DNA of 64,000 nt from Trypethelium eluteriae (lineage: Eukaryota), in NCBI GenBank assembly GCA_051942245.1, contig JAVECL010000022.1, positions 1 to 64,000 of the forward strand, written 5' to 3'. The notes under the pieces were generated by a model. That model saw only the letters and a program-made list of their open reading frames with translations, had not been told where the DNA came from and did no database searches. Each line of letters starts with the position of its first letter. The stretch's first letter is position 1. This document shows positions 58,902 through 64,000 of this stretch, piece by piece. The position numbers and the translations under genes were made by a program.

Positions 58902-61391
58902 TTGAGGATTTTCCAGATTGTGTGGAGTCAATCAATAGAGCCTTGCTTCAGTGCTTGTAGTCCAAGCCAAAAGCGGCCGGACTACTGAGGGGCGAAGAGG
59001 CAGGTTCCCGACAGTCTTGAAAGATGTTAATGTAGAAGTCTGTAGGTAGCTGCGGATCGCCATTGTCAAGGCATTGACAGTTCTCAGTGTTCAGCCTTGT
59101 CGTCGGTTCGCGGCTTCGCGCTTTCGTTTGGCGCCTAGTGGCCCGCACCATTGGCCAGCCTTACAGCGGTTCTGGGCAAATATTGCTTCTTCTGTAGGAT
59201 TAGTCATGTCAGAGCGCTAACATATCGTGCACAGAGATCTAATTTGTAGGGGGGCGCCTTCAGCTCTTTATGGAGTTGAGTTGGCTTACTTGTATCTAGG
59301 AAATGCCCAACCCGCTGATGACGGGAGAAGCAGGACACAAACCTGTTCTCGATATCATGAAGCTATCGCTTCAACTTCTCAGTTCTGTGTATCTTCAGTT
59401 TTGAATACTAGAGCATGGGTGCATGGATGTGCTGCTATTAGAGATCAGTGCTGTAGCTGATACGGGCGTCTTGGGGTCTTTCTCCTGACCAATTATCACG
59501 ATGTCATATCTATTATCTGAAGCAGCACAATGGCAAGGTATAACGGGTACTCGAACAGTGTGGTCGATCCTCCATATCACCGCTGCATTGCGAGACAGAG
59601 CTCTGGTACCTACAGATTTTGCTCCAGTGTGGGTGAGTCTGTTCTCTCGGGCGATAGAACGCAATGATCGGTGATCGGCTCTCAAGCGGTGTGGCGCGGA
59701 CTCTACGCACCCGTGCCACCTTCATGCTGTGCCACACTGTGGCTAGTAGCCTCTCAGCCACGATCACAGCAAGATCGGAGAAGGACAGGAAAGATCAGCA
59801 TCGGATCAGGGATCAGAATTAGCTCACATTGCTGTGGCGAACCATGAGCCAAACGTGGCGCTCGAGGACCTTCAGATCCCATTCTAATGCAGGTTCCAAA
59901 ATGCTTATACGAAACACTGCAGCGCCGTGGCAAAGCTAGTCGGAAATCTCCAGCATGCCTGCCTTTGCCTTGCTACCAGGTAGGTACCCAAAAGCAACCT
60001 CTCGCCGGTCAGTCTCTTGATGCCTAGTCCAAATATAGAGATCTTGTTCTATGGGGCGAGCCGTGCTCATTCGGCCTCCACCGTCCCGCGTTGTCTCCGT
60101 GATAGGCAATGATAGGAAGGGGGAAGGGCGGGACCGGGCTGGTGTCCCGCTGGCAAAGCCCGCGGATCGGCAGCACAGCCACGATGCAAGCTGCAGTCAA
60201 GCCTAGCCCCCGCCGATCACCCTCCTCTCCGCCAACAAGGTGAGACCTCCATTGAGGCGACGCCCGAGGAGCCAGGGCACCCAGTGGGACTTGGGAGTTT
60301 CGTTGACTCAGCTTTCACAACTAAACCGACTGAGAGGGGTGCGGTGAGTCATCTGATGATGGGGTAGGGAGATGCCCGACGTCCCCGAAATGAATCCGCG
60401 AATGGAGCTGGTGCGATCTTGTCGGTCCTGGTTGCAATATGGCTGCACACCGGAACATGAAGGAAATGCTTCCGTCAGTGTCAGAGAGATGCGGGGCTGC
60501 AATCTTTCTGCGAAAGCTGAATCGTTGTCACGCTATTCTTTCGGGCTCGGCGGCGGAGGCTGCTACGACATCTCGCAGAGCCAGCTGTCTTATCGCTGAC
60601 TCTTTCGCTCGACGCGTGTTCTCTCCCCGGTCACGCGGTGGCAAACATTGTGGGGAATGGTGCACTCTGTCTGAACTCTGGACCTGCAGGAGAACGCGTA
60701 TTGCTTTGCAGAGGCAAAACACTCCGCTGGGTCCTAAGGCAAACCTACATGGCAGTGAAAGCTGAACCGGCAGGAGATGCCGTGTAAGCATGACCGCGGG
60801 TCTGCAGGGCTGAGATAAGCTTCTTATTGCAGTGAATACTCGCAGAACAAGCTCGTCAAATTGGGAAAATAAGATATTACTAGCATGTACATCTGCAGGA
60901 TACTATTGGGCTTGTGTAACATGTATGAAAGGGCCGGGTATATTGTACTGAAACCAAAATTAGACCTCGTAATCTTCATCGCCAATGAACAAGGAAAAGT
61001 CGACTTTGACAGCCAGTGTCAAGCCGAGGTACACGGGTACATGATTATCTTGCCGTCTTGAAGGCGACGAAGCACAGGCATTGAGGTATGGGGCAAAGGC
61101 AAGGTGGCTTGGACAGAACTGGTCTTAAAGACGATCACCTCATCCATCAACGTTTCACGAATGGTATGACGAAAGAAACATGTATGAAATCGAACATTTG
61201 TTCAAGCTTTGCTAAGACTCAGATAACAATTTCTGCCATATGCCCGTAGCCTCTGGGCAGGTGTTGGGGGTATCTTAGAACGAGAAATCTAGACAAAGGA
61301 AAAAGCCAAACATTGTAACAGTCGTTAATTGGTCGTAACTCTTGATGTGAAATGGTCCTGGAAAGCCGGATTCGAAAAGTAACACCGCTAG

Positions 61392-64000
61392 CTAGAACAG
61401 CAGTTTGAGTTCATAGCCAGATGATATCGAGGTCTCTGAGGCTTCGACATCACCGTCAATTTGCGCATCAGTTGGACCGGCGTCCCATTCGCGCTTGAAG
61501 TGTGATGGGGGCTTGATTTCAGCCAACTCCGCTGTCATATCTTGACCCTCTGGAAGTTCAACAATACACTGGTCGTCAAATAATATATTGAGACCCTGTC
61601 GATTGATTCGTAACGTCCGGACAACAGCGGCAGGGTCGATGTCACATTTTGAGGCGACCGCTCGGACGAAGTCATCCAAGGTGCGCTTCATAAGGTAGAT
61701 GGCTCTGTAGTAACGATCGGGAACTGGTTTGCCAGCGATCCGGGGTTGAATGTAGAAACATGCAACTATTAAGATATTAGATTTTATGCTGAAATTGACT
61801 TCTCCCGCACGAACTTACCTGGCTTGATGGCCCTCTCTGGGGGGGGCTGATATGAGAAGTCTACTCCGACGGCTTCGATCCATCCAGAAACTACGCCAGG
61901 AGTTGGGGAGTGTGGCTGAACCTTGACTGGTTGATCTGGGGGGCTCGCCAAATGCTGTGGGTTTGATGATTGGAGATCCGACGTTGCTAACTGAGGCATG
62001 TTTTGCCATTCGTTCGAAGGATGTCGAGACGTAGGAGGGAAGGGAGTAGCTTGCTGAAATGAGGGCTCCCGCTGACCTCCAGAGTTCATCGAATGTACAC
62101 TTGGCGTAGGAGAGACAAATGAAGAATCTGCGGTCTGGACACTTTGTTTCTCCCACGCGCCTCCATCAATGGCCTCGATCTTTGTGAGATCGATTGGTTC
62201 GCCATTTAGTCGGACCGGGTACAAATCAGGATCGTCCTCCTCGGTGCCCCTCAGGAAAAGGACGCTTACAGGCCGAGTAGAGGAGAACATGTCCTGCAGA
62301 GTAGCTAGCTTGTACTGGAGATCATCCTCTGTGGATGGCCGGCCTCCAGTCGAGCTTGCTGATGACATTGACCAAGTTCGTTTATGCTTAGGGACTTTGC
62401 CAGGGCGGGAGCTTGCGCTTGCTCTTGAAGTGGACCCACTCCTCTTTCTCTTGCCAAACTCCTTCATACCGCTTCCTGCTTTTTCAATTTGGTCTTTGAG
62501 CTTCTCAATGGTCTTCCTGACGTGCGCTGCATCATTTGAGAGCTTGCGTTCTGCTCCGTGATCGCGGAAGAGCTTGACCTTGCAATAGCAGATTTCGGGT
62601 GCAGTCCTCCCAGGAGAGGCTGCGGTAGGACCGTCGATTAATTCTGTTTTGGCGCAAAGTCTTACAGGAATGCCCTTGACACCCTTCGAATGACTGAAGT
62701 CAGTAGAGAGAAAATTGAACCGCACCCCGATCGAGCAATCAGCGGAAGCGTTCGGAGCCAGTGTCCAGGTAACACAGAAACAGTCGAACGAGGCAGACTC
62801 AAGGTCCATTCTTGGTCTTCCCGGATCTTCTGGTCCACCAAGCTGAGCTTGATCAACGTATTCGACGGCCTGGAGACGTCCGCCACGCTGATGGGCTTCA
62901 TTGGTACCTCGACCTTCTTTCCAAAGGTGCCAGCAAGTGGCGGGACGTTGCCTCTGGCTTTCATCTTCGAATGAAATGCGAACAAACGTGCGATACTTCA
63001 AAGGAGTTCCCATGACCTGATCCGGAAGGGTATCGACCATGTTGATAACATATGTTTGCCCCTTGTTGAGGTATGTCACCGGAATCTCATCAGCATGTTT
63101 GACCATTGCCGTGGGCGCATTGAGCGTAGCGTTGTACCGAAATCTATGACGATTAGTGAATGACACCACAAATGGCCTAATGACCTAAGAATTTGGCACC
63201 CCAAAAGTTCGAGTTGGCGGGAATGAACAACTTACTTTTCCGCTGATTGATGGGAGGAGGATGCCTGCATGCCCTGCTCAAGATTCTGTGGATTGAACGT
63301 CAAAATCGGAGAGTCCTCTTGAACGTCCAGGTTGATGCCTAGGTCCTCTATGCGCGATTCGTCTGACGTCGTTTCTAATGGCTCAAAGGACGCGTGGGCA
63401 TGGGAAAAGTGGTGTGGAGCAAAGGACTGCGGCATCGAAAATTGAGCTGGGTGATGGAAGGTCTGGCCGTGAATTCCGGAAAAGTCATGCATGGACGGCA
63501 CAGCAGGCGGTGGGTGCAACGATGCCTCTGAAGTTGGATTGGATAAAGGAGTTCCTAGTCCCATGTTGAATGCAGGAGTATGTAGATCTCCGGCTTGACT
63601 GTGATAAAGTGTGTTCTGGCCGCCAGGAGTGGGTGTATAGTAGCCAGGAGGTTGATTGGCGAAATTCGTGAAGGCAAAGCTGTTCGGATCCATAAGAGAA
63701 GGTGTAAAGCGCCAGGGTTCAGCAGATCCTCTGGGAGTGTGGTCGGCATCTTTGATATCATCCGACTCCTCAAAGCGTCTGCAAGTGTGAAAGACGTGTC
63801 AGCCATCAGACCAAGACCGTCCATCCAACCACATGCATGTTTCATAATAAGGAACGAGGGTGCTACTGGGGAGCTCATAGTAAACGCATCTTTTAGGCTA
63901 TTGCACGAATCGGCGAGCTTTCGAGCAATTGAAATGACGTGGATTTATGAAAAATTTAGGGACATACTGTGGATTCAGTGTGTTATTCAGAGCATCCGTG
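61392..64000 (-). CDS. Grainyhead/CP2-family transcription factor (5' end beyond window)
   Basis: FRYNATLNAPTAM..EIPVTYLNKGQTY, RTFVRISFEDE, RFNFLSTDFSHSKGVKGIPVRLCAKT, CYCKVKLFRDHGAERK; C-terminal YYRAIYLMKRT..ELPEGQDM; upstream exon ends at a GTATGT donor ~63967. Confidence 0.93.

Noticed and set aside
54100..60000. Amyloid signalling motif or gasdermin/HeLo partner gene next to the NLR
   Set aside because: The NLR has an integrated PNP_UDP effector; no N/G/Q-rich motif or adjacent effector ORF was found
1..64000. Most short ORFs in the six-frame track
   Set aside because: They overlap real genes antisense or out of frame, often use TTG/GTG starts, and show no motifs; eukaryotic intron-containing DNA

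Overview
Eukaryotic, intron-rich, gene-dense DNA from a filamentous ascomycete (Pezizomycotina-type GT..CTRAC..AG introns). About 21 protein-coding loci are supported: GPI1 and CWH43 (head-to-head, both GPI-anchor pathway), a type-B carboxylesterase, two fungal NLR-like genes (a frameshifted PNP_UDP-NACHT-ANK, and an intact PNP_UDP-NB-ARC-TPR with a highly conserved 123-bp repeat array), a secreted alpha/beta-hydrolase-WSC protein, a LEA-like protein, an APC amino-acid permease, a coiled-coil protein, PML1/SNIP1, a 76-aa three-exon MRX7-like gene not present in the ORF track, a tyrosine phosphatase, aldose 1-epimerase, a Zn2Cys6 TF, a Yvc1/TRP-like channel, a PLAC8 protein, an unknown protein with a possible three-fold internal repeat, a TetX-like flavin monooxygenase, an acyl-protein thioesterase and a Grainyhead/CP2 TF (5'-truncated by the window). 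The most striking non-coding structure is a 181-182 bp almost fully palindromic MITE-like element in three copies (43.9, 53.9, 57.6 kb). It has TA target duplications, copy-specific changes mirrored on both arms, and an inverted core in one copy. One copy sits in the NLR intron, apparently nested in an older inverted-repeat element. No rRNA, tRNA or CRISPR was recognised. All family assignments come from motif recognition by eye, not database searches.
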